NCBI GenBank assembly: GCA_051362555.1
Contig: CM120648.1
Coordinates: 17,046,587 to 17,110,586, forward strand
Reading direction: 5' to 3'
Source of the DNA: Lingula anatina
Taxonomy: Eukaryota; Animalia; Brachiopoda
Length of the DNA: 64,000 bases
Positions 9,210-22,706 of the stretch are shown piece after piece. Position 1 is the stretch's first letter, and each line of letters opens with the position of its first letter. The position numbers were made by a program, and so were the translations under genes. The notes beneath the pieces were generated by a model. The model was given only the letters and a program-made list of their open reading frames with translations, was not told where the DNA came from and did no database searches.

Positions 9210-10754
9210 TGTTACGTGATTCAAGGTCATACGGAGCCCAATTCCCAATGATGGATAAGCCCCATCTTAGAGATTGACCCACTTATGTCAGACTAAACCT
9301 AACCACCCCCAAACCTTGAAGAATAAGTGAACAGACGAAATAGTGAGCAGGCAAGCCAGAATAATTTGGATTAATCTTGAATGAAAACGATTTTAACTCA
9401 AAACTGATATCCAGTGAAACTATTTTCACTTTTAACTGTGCTAACGTAAAGGACACAGTTTAGGGAAGAAGGTAGGAAATAAAACTTTCAACACTGGAAC
9501 TAAGTCATTTTTGCCCACCTCTCTCAGCCTCACTGCTTACTAAGTTCATATTTTTACTGAGGGAGTTCATAATTCCCCACTCTCAAGCTCAAGAGCATGA
9601 GGGCGTGGTACGATGTTCAAAGAAGACGAAGGTTTTACTGATGATGGTCGTTAAAAAACTGGTACAAATGCGTAGGTTAGAGTTATTTTAAGTCGCATTT
9701 CCGCACGTGTGTCCGTGCTGATTGATTTGTACTCACTAAAAGCACTATAAATCGCATTCCAAGGTATTAGCAAGGTGCTTCACAGTCGGCCAGATTTGAG
9801 CAAATACAGCATATGTTCAAATATTAAGAAAAGCTACGAGCGATTACCTAGTGGACGAACGGACAAACGTATCAGTTGGCGTGTAAGGAATATTGATATT
9901 GATATGGAGACAGTGGAAGGCAAACACCTTTATTTAAGTAGATTATGTTTGATCAGGAAATAAAAGTATAATATTTAACTTATCGTAAAGATCGACGTTT
10001 AGTTTGTTTAAGCCGCCTCAGTCAGTTGTCTAGAAATAGACGTGTTTTGTACATGAAAATTGAATAAAAGGCTTCTATTTATTAATTAATTCAGCTGATC
10101 TGATACAGATTTTATCCCCGTTCAAAGTGACAGAAAATGTTTAAAAAATCTCATTTCGTAATGCGGCTCTCGATCGGCGTTTGATGCTATATTCATTCAT
10201 TACAGGCTTGTCACTTTATTGAGACACATACATTAATACAAAACTTCCTGCTCCAAAGCTGCTGAGTCATTTGTGGCGGCACCTAATAGCTTTCCAATTG
10301 CTAGAACTTTTCAGAACTGAATTACTCCTGATCTTGCTCTTTTGTCCTGCTGCATTAATCATTTACCATCTTTGATATAAAAAGAGAACAGAGTACTCGC
10401 GGGAGTTTGCCTAAGAGGCTTTTTATCATTTACTACAAATTAATTCTATTTTTGCAATGAATAATACATCAATACACATATTTTTATCATTTAATTTTGC
10501 CCCCGATTCATACTCCCGCAAGTTAATAGGATGCTCTGAAATGGTGTTTGAATAGCACATTGTCCCTATGGCGTTGCTGACGTAAACTGCACGTGGAGAA
10601 AATGTAAGAATGTCCATTAACTAGGGAATTTCTGGGTTAATTTTCTGTTTAATCGTTTCACGCCCTAAAAGCGTCCACCTGCATGGTTCTCAAACTACCG
10701 GGTAATTAAGGCAATAGCACAGAACGAGGATCGTCAACTTGCAATGAAGAATAA

Positions 10755-10969
10755 GAGTGCATTCCCAGAGATTTAGATCGATCCGTCCGGATCTACCAAA
10801 CTCCCTGGGGGTTCACGCTAAATTGCAGTCGGCCGAGCGCGCACGGTAGTTAATTACCCACTTACAGCTTTTAGTAGGCGGGGCAGACATATAAGCCGGC
10901 TAAGCTGACGGTAATCTAGTGAGACTCCCCACAGGGACAGATCGATCTAACATATGTGGGAATGGGGTC
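10755..10969 (+). mobile_element. MITE family A (215 bp), PIF/Harbinger-like, TAA TSD
   Basis: TIR ..TTCCCAGAGATTTAGATCGATC / GATCGATCTAACATATGTGGGAA.., TAA on both flanks (10752-54, 10970-72), and a same-length copy at 59156-59370. Confidence 0.85.
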
Positions 10970-11686
10970 TAAAATTAGAGGTTTTTTGAGCACAACGTCG
11001 CAGAAGATTCCTATAGCTTGCACTGCGGTGAGAAAACTAGACGAAACGCGATGTTTGCAATACCCTAAACATTGCAAGCGTAAAAACAAACGAAACTAGA
11101 GATAAACAAATGTTTATAAATGCATAAATTGATAGTTACTCATAGACAATAACAAATACACAAGCAAATGAATAAAACAAAAAACACAAAGGACGTTAAA
11201 AGTGACGGTGCTGCTTTAGACCAAGTTTAATTTAATCACTACATTTGACCAAATTCAATATAATATATAATACTAAAATATGTCATTCTATAAACATGAC
11301 ATAAGTGATGCACTACACAATATAGTCACTAAGAGGTGTGGATGAACATCTCGAATACTTACTTACTACCAGTCTTCCACCCTAGGAACCTACGCACCTG
11401 TACTGGGTGCAGTTATTGACCAAGTGAATATCTTAAAATTAGGAAATGTCCACGAGAATAAAACCGCTAGGTAATGAGGAATGCGGGGGAGGGGGGGGGG
11501 GGGGTTCTGGCGCCAAATGTTCCAGTCAAACGAGTTTCAATGCGCCATATTTTATATCCAAACTATTCTCTAATCCCTTGAATACCCTCTGAACACCCAA
11601 AACTAAACAGGCTGAAGGCGTGTACCATAGTTCGTTTCCCATTTCTGTGTACAGGTGATATTTGCCCTATACCCCAATACTCCGCC

Positions 11687-11723
<37 letters not shown>
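11687..11723. repeat. poly-C tract
   Basis: About 37 consecutive C. Confidence 0.95.
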
Positions 11724-11724
<1 letters not shown>

Positions 11725-11758
11725 CCTCGTAACTCCATTATTGTTCGATTTCAAATTG

Positions 11759-11882
11759 GGCCCGTAACTCGAAAGAATCGCGCTAGCATCTCGATTCCAT
11801 AACTCGCCTATTCTCGCCCCATATAATACATTGTAGCCTCTATAGCTATTCGCAATACGCGATGGTTTCGAGTTACGGGACC
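11759..11882 (+). mobile_element. MITE family B, Harbinger-like (3-bp TSD)
   Basis: TIR GGCCCGTAACTCGAAA / TTTCGAGTTACGGGACC with TTG on both flanks; relatives at 25720 and 56118. Confidence 0.8.
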
Positions 11883-12216
11883 TTGGACAACAATAGGTAA
11901 CAGACTGCTGAGTAATCGCTGTGTATCTTGCACGGCCAGTACAGTTGCAAAGGTTCAGAAGTTGTCATATATATGACATGTAATGCTGCTGAATCAACCA
12001 TTGTCCTTAATTTTGACGCCCCCCCCCTTTCTTAACACAAAATACTTGTACATGTATACTCCTCATTGCAAGTGTTCGAGGCATCTGTTGCTCTGTTCCA
12101 TACAGTTCTTGGTTATATTAAAATCTATGTAAACTAGTGCAAACTGACACTAACCGCTCAGTACACACTTATACACACCAGATACGTGACAATACACGAA
12201 ATAAAAAGAAATCTCA

Positions 12217-13455
12217 CTACGATACACTTCCATTGAGGCAGGTTCCTTTAGTTGTCCTGTCCACTCTGCGGTAGTTATTTGAGATCCGATTTCTCATTTC
12301 TAGCTGTGTGTATTGGTTACAAGTACAGTCCTCCTCGCGGCTGTTCTCCATCACGCTGGTATTCCTCCACTTCTTAACACCGCTACAAATAAGGCAAAGA
12401 AAAGCCTGTCTGAAGGATTTACTCATTGAACAGTACAGTATGAAGTTAATACTGTTGTTGATTAACGCCACGATGTCCATAAGATCTCCAAGGGGCGAGT
12501 AGACGGACTCAAAGTACTCCGTGTGGACCCCGCTCAACAGGGCCAGAACGCCTTGGGGGAATTCTGTGAAAAGAAACAAAATAATTACGACAACCAACAT
12601 GCGTGTCGTTCTCGAGTGTTCCCGCAGACGAGATTTGAGTGCTTGGCTCCTATTGCTCCCGAATCTCTGCATCTCTCTCCCTTTAGCGGTCGTCTGTCTT
12701 ATAGTATGCAAGAGAAGACCACCAAAAACAGTCATAAATATGCACGGTGTTATTTTAATGGCAATCGCATGGATCCAAAAGTTTATTTGATTTATGTTTG
12801 GGAATAGCTCCTCGGACAGAGATCCGTCTAATCTGAAATACGTTTTATTAGTCACTCTGTCGGTTTCTTGGACAATAGATTGGGCAAGATAATTAGGGAT
12901 TAAAAAAACCACGGACAATGCATAAGCGAACATGACGGAGAAAAACGCCTTTTCCATTCCAAATGTGACATAACCAGAAGATGATGCCCGGATGTAAGCG
13001 TACCTAAATACGGCAAGAACAACTCCTACGAAGATGGACGCCGTATGCGTGGTGACTGCAAAATTAGCATGAAATAACAAAAAAGCAATCCATCCGTAGG
13101 AATCTCTCTCGGGGGTTATAGTTGGCGATGTGTTATGTAAAATTCGAAAATGAAAGGCAAACGGAACATACGACATCATGGTCAACATGTCGGCCACTGC
13201 CAATCCCGTCAGAATGAGGTTAGTAGGAGTCCGCATGCCTTTCCGCGTCAACACCGCGATGTTGAACATGTTACTGATGATGCCAAAGGTACACACAACG
13301 AGGCTGACGAAGCCATGGTAACCAGCATACCACGTCTCAAATGTCTCCAGTGGACTGGCCACGTGGTCGGAGCGGTTGTTAGTGACGTCGGCCGCGGATA
13401 TAGACAACGTCACGGAACCCGTGCTTTCATAATGGAGACTTTGTGACGTCCCCAT
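12217..13455 (-). CDS. Class A neuropeptide GPCR, myosuppressin-receptor / DMSR-1 / myomodulin-receptor-like (Srw-type 7TM), 412 aa, intronless CDS
   Basis: Seven hydrophobic segments with family-typical motifs YHGFVSLVVCTFGIISN, PTNLILTGLAVADML, HTASI...LAVFRY, IKITPC, RTTRML...TEFPQG and LGDLMDIVALINNSINFILYCSMSKSFR. ATG in ACCATGG Kozak context at 13455, with an in-frame upstream TAG at ~13550. The track's GTG start at 13488 is unlikely. Confidence 0.92.
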   Translation of the reverse strand: MGTSQSLHYESTGSVTLSISAADVTNNRSDHVASPLETFETWYAGYHGFVSLVVCTFGIISNMFNIAVLTRKGMRTPTNLILTGLAVADMLTMMSYVPFAFHFRILHNTSPTITPERDSYGWIAFLLFHANFAVTTHTASIFVGVVLAVFRYAYIRASSSGYVTFGMEKAFFSVMFAYALSVVFLIPNYLAQSIVQETDRVTNKTYFRLDGSLSEELFPNINQINFWIHAIAIKITPCIFMTVFGGLLLHTIRQTTAKGREMQRFGSNRSQALKSRLREHSRTTRMLVVVIILFLFTEFPQGVLALLSGVHTEYFESVYSPLGDLMDIVALINNSINFILYCSMSKSFRQAFLCLICSGVKKWRNTSVMENSREEDCTCNQYTQLEMRNRISNNYRRVDRTTKGTCLNGSVS

Positions 13456-16400
13456 GGTTGGCGGCAAAATCTGTGAAAACGTGTCCACTTCCTGTGAAAC
13501 TGTGTCTACGTTTGTGAAGACCGAAAGCAGTTTGCTGCCTGTCTGGTTCTACAATGCCGTCAGTTGGAGTTATTAACTGTCCACCTTTGATAAAACTACT
13601 AGCTTTGTGTTTGTATCACGCGTTAATGTGACTTAGATACCCGACTGGCCTTTCTTGCTCGAACTGGTCGTTAATCCTTAAAAGAGAACTAAATCTGAGA
13701 GAACCTCACGCGTTTCGTTGCTCACTCACCCAAATACCCTTGCGAAGTGTAGGGAGTCATAATCCTACACCACACGGCTATTGGTAGATGGCACGTCAAA
13801 AGTTTTCCACTATGAAACGTGTCCTTTTCACACAGCTGGCAAATCCAATTTTTTACCGTGATGTTTATGTATTGTGTGTAAATGTAAAGTATTTTCCCTT
13901 AAGACACTATATTATTCATCCTTTGAGCGAGTTCAACTGCGATCCTTAGAAAGAGAGCAAGAGATCACCTAACGTCGTTCACAGATTCCAGGATTTTTTT
14001 CTTCAGTTTCTCTTTAGTGCTAACGTGACCTTCCTCAATACTGAATATGAATCACAGGAAACTTGTCTCTCGTACAATTTATTTGGTTTATTTGAAAAAA
14101 AAAAAAATCCTCCCTGCATGGCGACTGAACAATGTTTATATTGAATCATAACAATAGAAGAGTATTAATTAATTGAAAAGTTCCTTATGAAAGAGAAATA
14201 AAGTCCATGTGCTCCTCCACTAACACAATACGTCCAACAGTTTCAGAGGTAAACCATTAAGATAACTGAGTCTCCTGAAAAATACACTAACATAAGTGTA
14301 CACTTACGCGATCCTTTTTAATTGAACCTCGTTTTTACTGTGTGTCCACTCGTTCAAGTGGACATCAAGGTGTCGTGAGTTATAGGATGAACTTTCCTAA
14401 GGCTTTGGTGAACCGCAAATTCAGAGGAAGTGCATTCCAGTAAATTTGTAATTTTCCCCTTTTTTGGACGGCATTCAAGTCTTCACTGCTTGTGCGAGTA
14501 ATTGATCACCAAGCATACGCCACCTAGATACATTTTTTATGAACAAATCAATTTTCAAAGAATGTCTGTTTTTCGCTTCACTGTCAAAATACTGAGTTAT
14601 CCGCCGTATGTCCGCCTGGCTGGAGAGATTGAGATGATGTTGATACACTATCAGTCCCTTGATTAAGCTATCGGCGCTGCAACAAAGGGGGAGCGAACGC
14701 TTGAAAGAACAGACGCAATATCTAGACTACGTTTCCGATGAGAAAAAAATGAATAAGCACAGATAGTCGCCATACACTCAATAACGTACAGTAGGACCCC
14801 GACTATCGCTACCTTAGTGCCTTGTTGCTGCCTGGGTTCGTTTTCTTGCCGCGGTTGACGTGAATTTCCATTGATACATTTTCATATATGCAATCCGTGT
14901 TAAACAGATGTTATTCCACTTCCAAATGCCGTCGCCGATTGAACACTAATGTTAACCAGTTTCGTGCGAAATTATTGTACTAATTGTACTTCTGTGTAGC
15001 ACCCTAGGGGGGCGTTCTAGGTCGTTCTTACAGTTCAAGAAAGAGACGCACTTTCACACCGTTATTTGAAACCGGTGTCAGAAAAGCCGAGCGCCATGCG
15101 TCCATTTCCTCCTTGTGATTGATAGCACTTTGATTACTGCAAATGCATGTTTAGTCTAATTAAAGCTCACTGACAAGACGTTATAACAAAGATCGATGTC
15201 GGTCTATCCAAAGCAACAGTCAACTGTATCGTGCAATAAACCTGTTGTTTTTTTAGCCTTCCCTTTAACGCCGTTCGTCTGTTGCCCTTTTCAGTATGAG
15301 AGAACCCAGTACCATAAATGTCTTTTGACGGTAACTCTCTATTCGCTGTATATGAGTTGCCTTATTTTATGTCCACGTTATGGCACCGATGTTTTATTGT
15401 AGGCTGCTGAGATAACAGTTTAAAGTCCTTTCTGGCAGGACACTGGGAGTAATTAAAATCTCTTTCCAAGCTCGTTGTCCTCGTTCCAGCCGTTGTCGAT
15501 CAACGATCTATTTACGTAGAATGTCCCGAAACACTGCCAGCCTTCACTGATACTGTAATTACCTAGTCTTCATTAAACTCCTGCAATGAACGCAAATGTT
15601 TGCTAGACAAACTGCACTTCATTTGTTCAGGGTTGACATCTTCCAGTTCACTAAGTTTCATTGACGCACTAGCTCAGGTTATCAATACATCCCCAGCCTG
15701 GCGGGCTCTTGGGTTCACTTCTTCCGGCGGTAACATCAACTGACATATTTACCAGCATATAAAATGCTATTTTAAGTTTGTTTTGTATTTGATACCTCAA
15801 ATACGTGTTTTACGTAATCACTATGGAAATGTGTCTGAAATGTCCTTAAATGCCCCTCGGTTACAACAACTCCGCTAAAACCGCGAACAGTAAAACATCG
15901 GCACAGTGAATCACTCTGGGCGTTCTGTTCACCTGGCTGGCACTACGACAGCTAAAGAAGGTCCTGAATGTCTTCCTTTTTATCTACTAATTCACGCACT
16001 CTTACACCGCAGTAGCGTCATGCTTTTTTTGCAAACAAACCCAATTGATTTTCCATGTCCTCGTGATTATCACTTACACGTAGCCGCGTCTCCCGGTCAA
16101 TTTTGTTGGGATTAATTGAAAAAAGCGTTCGTACGCACCGTGAGATTTACAAAAATGGCCCTTCCGAGAATTGGAGTTAATCGAAAATAACGTCACTCTG
16201 TACGGATATCCTGGATGAGACGTACGGTAGGCACAGTGTTAGTGATCATGATGGGCTGGTGTTACTCCTCACAAAACCAGTGGTAGATCCATGTATTCTG
16301 CCGCGGACAACAGTAATCCATTTCTGTAGAAATACACCATATGAAGCGGCACCAAGGAACGCTCTGGATCTGCTGAATGAAGCTCTTAATGCGGATTTAG

Positions 16401-17101
16401 TCAGCACCTTCTGTCTGCGTACTGTTTCTTCATTAACGCGTCGAAGATTTTAAGTAGGTGGATTGGAAATGTAACAGTCAATCTGTCTTTTTCTATTTTT
16501 GCTTTCTTTTATCTCGGGCACTTTCACTGCGCACATATTTTTAGTACACATTGTGCTGTGGACGTTAGTTACGTGGTATCTCGCTAAGTCCCCGTGTCTG
16601 TATGAACATGTTTTATGTGGCACTCATTTACCGTCACGGTGATTTTTTTATACTGCGAGAAAGACCTTGACGTCACTTCTCATCTGAAGACTGCGTCGTC
16701 GTTGAGCACTAATGACTGTGGCTCAGGCATGTTGCATTTCCTGCAAATAACAAAAAACAAGAATTGTACACGATGAGGTTTTTTAATGCCTCTTGTGTAA
16801 CGATAGTAAAGGAAGTCAATAAAATCTCATGAGACTCGACTATTGTAGCCTCATAGCCAAAATACATGTTCAGTCAGTTAAGAAACGATTCTCTAATTTA
16901 CTAATAATCGGTACTGTGGTTTCGGTACAACAAGATTCATATCACCTATATACGACACTGACAATAGTTGCCATGAACGTGGCTTTTTAATAATGAAAGT
17001 AAGTGCAAAGAGACAAATATACATGTCAGTACGCTAGAGGACAAATTACACGATCCGTTATTGAAACTCTTATTTATATACTTTTACACTGCTTTTGATA
17101 A

Positions 17102-17378
17102 CAAAGTAGGTTATCTTCTTGGCACAAGTCCCCTCCCCCCCCCCAAAAAAAAAAAAAAATAAATAAAATAGCTCTAAGCTCCATGCATCTAACCTGTTTC
17201 ATTGTACTGTTTCAGTATCATTGTACTGTTTCAATATCATTGTACTGTTTCAATATCAAAGTAGGTTATCTTCTTGGCACAAGTCCCCTCCCCCCCCCCC
17301 AAAAAAAAAAAAAATAATAAATAAATAAAATAGCTCTAAGCTCCATGAATCTAACCTGTTTCATTGTACTGTTTCAGT
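17102..17378. repeat. Recent direct tandem duplication (~155-bp period)
   Basis: CAAAGTAGGTTATCTTCTTGGCACAAGTCCCCT-polyC-polyA-...CATTGTACTGTTTCAGT at 17102 and 17257, joined by ~19-bp CATTGTACTGTTTCA(G/A)TAT repeats. Confidence 0.9.
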
Positions 17379-17919
17379 GTATAATATATACGAACATCAC
17401 TTTATAATATTCCAAATGTGATCAGTACAGAGTTTACCTCCACTTCTATCTCTATAATGATGCTCCCTAATGACATGATGACTATAATTTGCAGTGTGAA
17501 AATGCGGGAGCCATAATAAACAATGGATACCAGACGTAAATAAACATGATGCTTTTCTACACATATTTTATTCATCTCGACATAGTCACCATCACCAATG
17601 ACCGTAGCGTACTTTACCAGTTATTCAATTATGTCGACACAAATTGAATATAGACGAGATATCTGGGAATATTGCATAAAAGTAAAACGACGGACTCTGC
17701 CATAACAATTTGAAGACCAATACTAAATGAGACGCAAATATAGCAATGATATGAAAGATACTGACTGTCATAAATCATTGGAGCGTATAAGTAGATTTGT
17801 TCGTTATCGCAGGAAACGGCATGTGTTTTTTTTTTTCAATACGAACAGTTAGTCCTACAGAACAATATGTTTCCATTCAGAGTCAAGATTCATCCATGAA
17901 ATGTTAATTTTGTTATTAA

Positions 17920-18170
17920 ATATGAAACGCAGGTTCATAATACATGAACGTTCTACTTAGAGGTTTTCTAGTTCTAAATATGAACACGTTATATAGTTTA
18001 ACACCAAGTTCAACTTAGATCATTTTTCCAAATGTGACCATGTTATAGGTTTACGCTAAGTTCACCTTAGACATATATTGTGTTATACATATGACCACGT
18101 CATAGATATACACTATGTTCAACTTAGATATATATTGTGTTATATATACGAGCACGTTAGGAGTTCTAAA
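17920..18170. repeat. Degenerate ~55-60-bp tandem repeat
   Basis: Recurrent ATATGA(A/C)CACGTT...AGTTCAACTTAGA motifs. Confidence 0.5.
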
Positions 18171-18527
18171 TATCTAATTTAGTTTTGTTTCCACACCTAC
18201 TGCTACTGATATGTCTGTACAAGGTCATTTAAAATAGCACACTGGCTCTCAGTTCCCGTACTAGCTTTATTTTGAAAAAAAAAAGACATTTCCTAAAGCG
18301 TCAACTGCAAGACAATATGTGTATTATAGATGAAACATGTTTCAACTCATCTTAATCCCGATTGAAGTGCTCTTTTTAGCTCTTCTGTCTGTCTCAGATG
18401 CTCGATGTCGACTTCATTTAGCAAAACAGATTGAAAACATCTCTTTGAGCTTATTTCATTACACACGTCAACATTGACTTTTCACTGCCCTGGACAGACG
18501 GCCAGTTTAACCTTCACCGGGAAACAA

Positions 18528-18612
18528 GTGTGTTTGTGTGTGTATGTGTATGTATGTGTGTATGTATGTGTATGTGTATGTATGTATGTGTGTGTGTATG
18601 TATGTTTGTGTG
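18528..18612. repeat. (TG)n/(TGTA)n microsatellite
   Basis: Seen directly. Confidence 0.9.
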
Positions 18613-18719
18613 AGAGTCTATTGAGAGGTTAATAGTGACATCATTCTCATTGAAATGTCTACCAGATTACCTTCTATACAGGGACAGATTTCACAAAAAA
18701 ACGTCAAGATTACAATAAT

Positions 18720-18742
18720 CATTATCATCATCGTTATTATTA

Positions 18743-18789
<47 letters not shown>
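18720..18789. repeat. (ATT/ATC)n microsatellite
   Basis: Seen directly. Confidence 0.95.
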
Positions 18790-19244
18790 GGTGTTTTTGT
18801 TGTTGTCGTTTTATTGCAATAAGTATATTTATTGTAGTTATAGCTGTTGTTCATATGATATTAACACGGTATCATATCAGGCAAATTGAGTCAAACCTTG
18901 AAATTCGGCGGATAGGTCTACAGCCATCCGTTGTACGTACTTTTGGGGATCCCGGACTTTTAAACGGATAAAGAACTGATTACATGGATATTACAGAAAG
19001 CTTAATGTGTATGGCACTGGGATTGGGGGATCGTTTGGTTTTGCCTTATTTTGTTTGGTATACTGAGGTAGAAGGCTGTATCTCCGACGGTAAGGTAGCG
19101 AGGGGTGTCACGTAACACGCTGTGTTCGCTCCACAATCGCATATAGATCACATTCCCATGAACTGATTATTTACACTATGCCTCGTTTGATACAGATCCG
19201 AATTATAGAATACTGATCAATGTACAGAGTCTATTTTGCCTTAA

Positions 19245-19873
19245 AGCAATAATAACTCTTCCTTTGAGATTCAAAAATCCGCATGAAATACATTGTAAAA
19301 AACGCATGGAAATATATTCTATTGTATTTTACCACTAAAACGGCCGTTATTGTAGGAAAACTAAAACCTGTGATTGTCAATAGGGCTTACGATGCCTTTT
19401 TTCCGGTCGACAAGTGCATTCGTTGCTAATGACGTAATGGTGTCACGCGGATTCTCGCGTTCATTCGAGACCAAAATAACATGGCGCCAAACGCATTAGT
19501 GCAGACGCAGACGTAAGTTGCGAGTTTTTGTACAGTGCGTCGGATAACGAAAAGCCCAGAATGGCACACATTGTGGATATAAATGCATTTTTAACAAAAA
19601 GACGAATATATCTCATGAATCTTATATAGTGTTGGTGTTGTCTGCTTTTCCCGCGGTTTTAAGTAGGTCACCAGTGACTTTGCAATGTCAGAGAGAGCTC
19701 CGTCAGTTAAAATCTCTTAAGAGATTTTAACAAAAAACCGTACGTTTAGGAAAAAAACCCTGGATTAACTTTGAATGCAGGAATGGGGTCGTTGGCCATT
19801 GGTAAGTACGGGAAAATTGCCGTTTTTTCCAGGAAAATCCAATTTTTGGCCAAAACGAAGAGTTATTATGACT
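19245..19873. mobile_element. Non-autonomous TTAA-targeting DNA transposon (Kolobok-like), 629 bp
   Basis: TTAA|AGCAATAATAACTCTT ... AAGAGTTATTATGACT|TTAA: a 16-bp TIR with 2 mismatches, TTAA flanks and AG..CT termini. Confidence 0.65.
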
Positions 19874-22629
19874 TTAAGTGATAGATACAGTACGAGTCGC
19901 CGAGCTTTACGTGAAATATTACGAGTGTATTGTCGAGTCGCAGGCGTTCTAAGGGCTAGCCGTGGTTCAACTTCGTATAACTACTCAAACTGCGTCACCC
20001 TTTCAGTGTGACAGTCGCCTCATTATGCGGCCAGTGACACCTGGAGCAGGTTTGACAACAGGTGACAAGTCATGCGCGCTGTCTGTCACGAAATACGGTG
20101 ATTTTCTCCTAGAATTACCAGGTCAAGCGGGCCACGCTACCTAAACAGCCTTAGCAGCTTGGCTGGCGTCCCGCCTCCGACTACGTTATAATTATGAAGA
20201 AGAGTGCGAATAGTTAGTAGGGGCACATGATTGGCTATTAAGACACCTAATACATATACAAGATTACTTTACAGAGGTTAATAGTCTAAAGTCAGGAAGT
20301 AGCAAACCGTTGGGTGCCTCTTTTACAGTGTTTTAATAAAATCATGTCTTTATCTTGGCTCAACATGAAAGTAATATTAATAAGAAAAATACACGTCAAA
20401 TGACCGATTTCAGTAAGTGGATGACTGCATCTCTACCTGTAGCCACCGGGTTAATAATACACGGTTTATCTCTTTATAACAATTTTTAGTGGAATTATGT
20501 ACTCTTGGTCATCAAAAGACCGACTCATTATGAGATACCGTTTTCTGTCAATATGACATGACTGGCAGAAATAGAACAATCCACAGCCGGTGTTTCATTC
20601 AGTCACATTTCCAAACATTCAAGCTGGAGAGCCATTAAATTTTCTTGAAAAAAGTCCAAATAAATCTGGTGCCTTTATATGCATGGCGCTGTCTGAAAAT
20701 ATGCGCTTCAGCACGGTATACATGTATGTAAATCGAAATTCTTAAACTAGTGGAACGGAATAAAGTGTTTCTTTCTCAAGCACAAATGCAACAATACCTT
20801 TCGTTCTTGATGCCGTCATTCTTGCTGAGCACTGCAGATTATTTAACATTCAGGTGAACCTATGTTCACTCTAACCCTGCTTTCCTCGCCACACAGACCA
20901 CAAGTTCGGAGGTTCAGGCCCCGTTCATAAATCTGAAGCCGAACATTGTGATCTTCTTTGCTAAAGGTTAATCGCGTCGTCGTATAATTATATAAATCAA
21001 CCGTCGGTCTAAATTTTCACTCATCATTCATATATTTACTTCCTGCTTGTGGTGTGGAATGTCCATCATTCCCTTCATACCGTGTTCTGAAACTGGTTCC
21101 AAAGGCTGGCTGCAGCCGACCTTCATCTCAGAGCAAGCTCACACGGTGACAGATCAACGCATGGCTGCATTCAACTCGACAGAGTTTCCTTACAAATTAT
21201 TCCTTAGCGTTTTGACAAATCTATTCCCCTTCAAACTCCGTGCAGTTAGATCTGCCACGCAATGTATTTTGGTCGCTGCAGATCAATGGAACCACTTCAG
21301 ACCAGGTCGTGATGAGTGCAACCAAAGTATTCCTCCTTCAATCAAACTGATGATTCGTTTCTACAAGAGTACAGATGACATTGAAGTCAATGTTACTATT
21401 GTAACATGTGGAATCCTTAGGTCGCGTGCCATGATATTTTCATGGGAACCCACGTTGCCTAAGTTACAGATACGGTCTTGTAAATGCACCGTTGTTTGAA
21501 AGATGGAAGATTATATATGCTGGGGGGGGGGGGGGGTAAATGACATAAATAACATGCCTTGGCGTATTAAAAGCATAGTAGACGATACAGTTTTAGTATG
21601 TTCTAGTACATGTTTGGCACAGGGGAAATCGTATTTCTGGTATTCAGTTCCGTTCAAGTGTATTGACAGGCAGGAACATTTCATCTTTTTTTGTTAATTC
21701 AAAGCCTCCGCTGACAACAGTTTTCGAAATCTATCTCATCGTTCTTATTATTATAGTTCTAAAGCCCGTCACAATATTTCTTATTCGAATCAATAAACAA
21801 TACTTGCTCACGTTGTAAGTATAGGCTTTTCCCTGTGGCATTTACCTTGCGGTTATCTAATTATGGCAAGTGCGACCTTAAATGCGTCTTATGGCAACAT
21901 GTTCTGGGAAATGGCATTCCTTGGTTTTAAAAAGAAATTAGCATACTCTTAGCAGGATTGTAACAATAACAGACAACACAATATCTCCTTCCGAAAAGCA
22001 ACATTTGCGTCAAAAATTCTCAATTTCTGCGTCTTTGTGCTCCCCTGAGGTTGTTAAAAAAACAAATTTAATTTACTGCTGCTGTTTCGAGTCAACATGC
22101 CACTGCGTGTGCGATGGTGTGATTGCATTAGAAAGAAAAGTGATATACCTTATGGCTGCCAGTCAGTTTGACGTTTAACAAAAGTGCATTTGTACGCAAT
22201 TGTTTTAAAAGCTAATCTTCTACCGAAACAAAAAATCATACAATTTGATGTCATCAATATGAAGAAGTTAGAGTCGAAGAGTATGGCAAGCTGTTCTTAA
22301 GAACACCATCGTCTTCCTGGTCCGCGCCTTTAATATCATACATACCCATATATACCTATGGGTCGAAACAGGCAATTATGGTACCTGGTCCTCTACGGAA
22401 TCAGCCTAATTAATCAGTTAGAGTAGCAATTTGCAGTGACCTACTATTTATCAAACTGAATGAATCAGAATTTGCCGCTTGGCGTCTTCTTCGGCTTGAT
22501 TTTTGAGGATTGCCTATAAAACCGAGGGAGATGAAGTCAGACGAGACACGAATGGAGAATTGTTACCACTGGAATTTTAACAGATACGTTTCACGAACTG
22601 GATATAGGGGGACCCCTGCCCCCCCCCCC

Positions 22630-22633
<4 letters not shown>

Positions 22634-22703
<70 letters not shown>
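22634..22703. repeat. (TA)n microsatellite
   Basis: About 35 TA units. Confidence 0.97.

Positions 22704-22706
<3 letters not shown>

Noticed and set aside
12308-13446. Plus-strand ORFs within the GPCR
   Set aside because: Antisense shadows of the GPCR CDS.
13456-13488. GTG-initiated N-terminal extension of the GPCR
   Set aside because: This is a eukaryotic gene, and the ATG at 13455 has a perfect Kozak context.
21047-21499. 150-aa ORF
   Set aside because: Non-ATG start in the track, no recognisable domain, and unremarkable composition.
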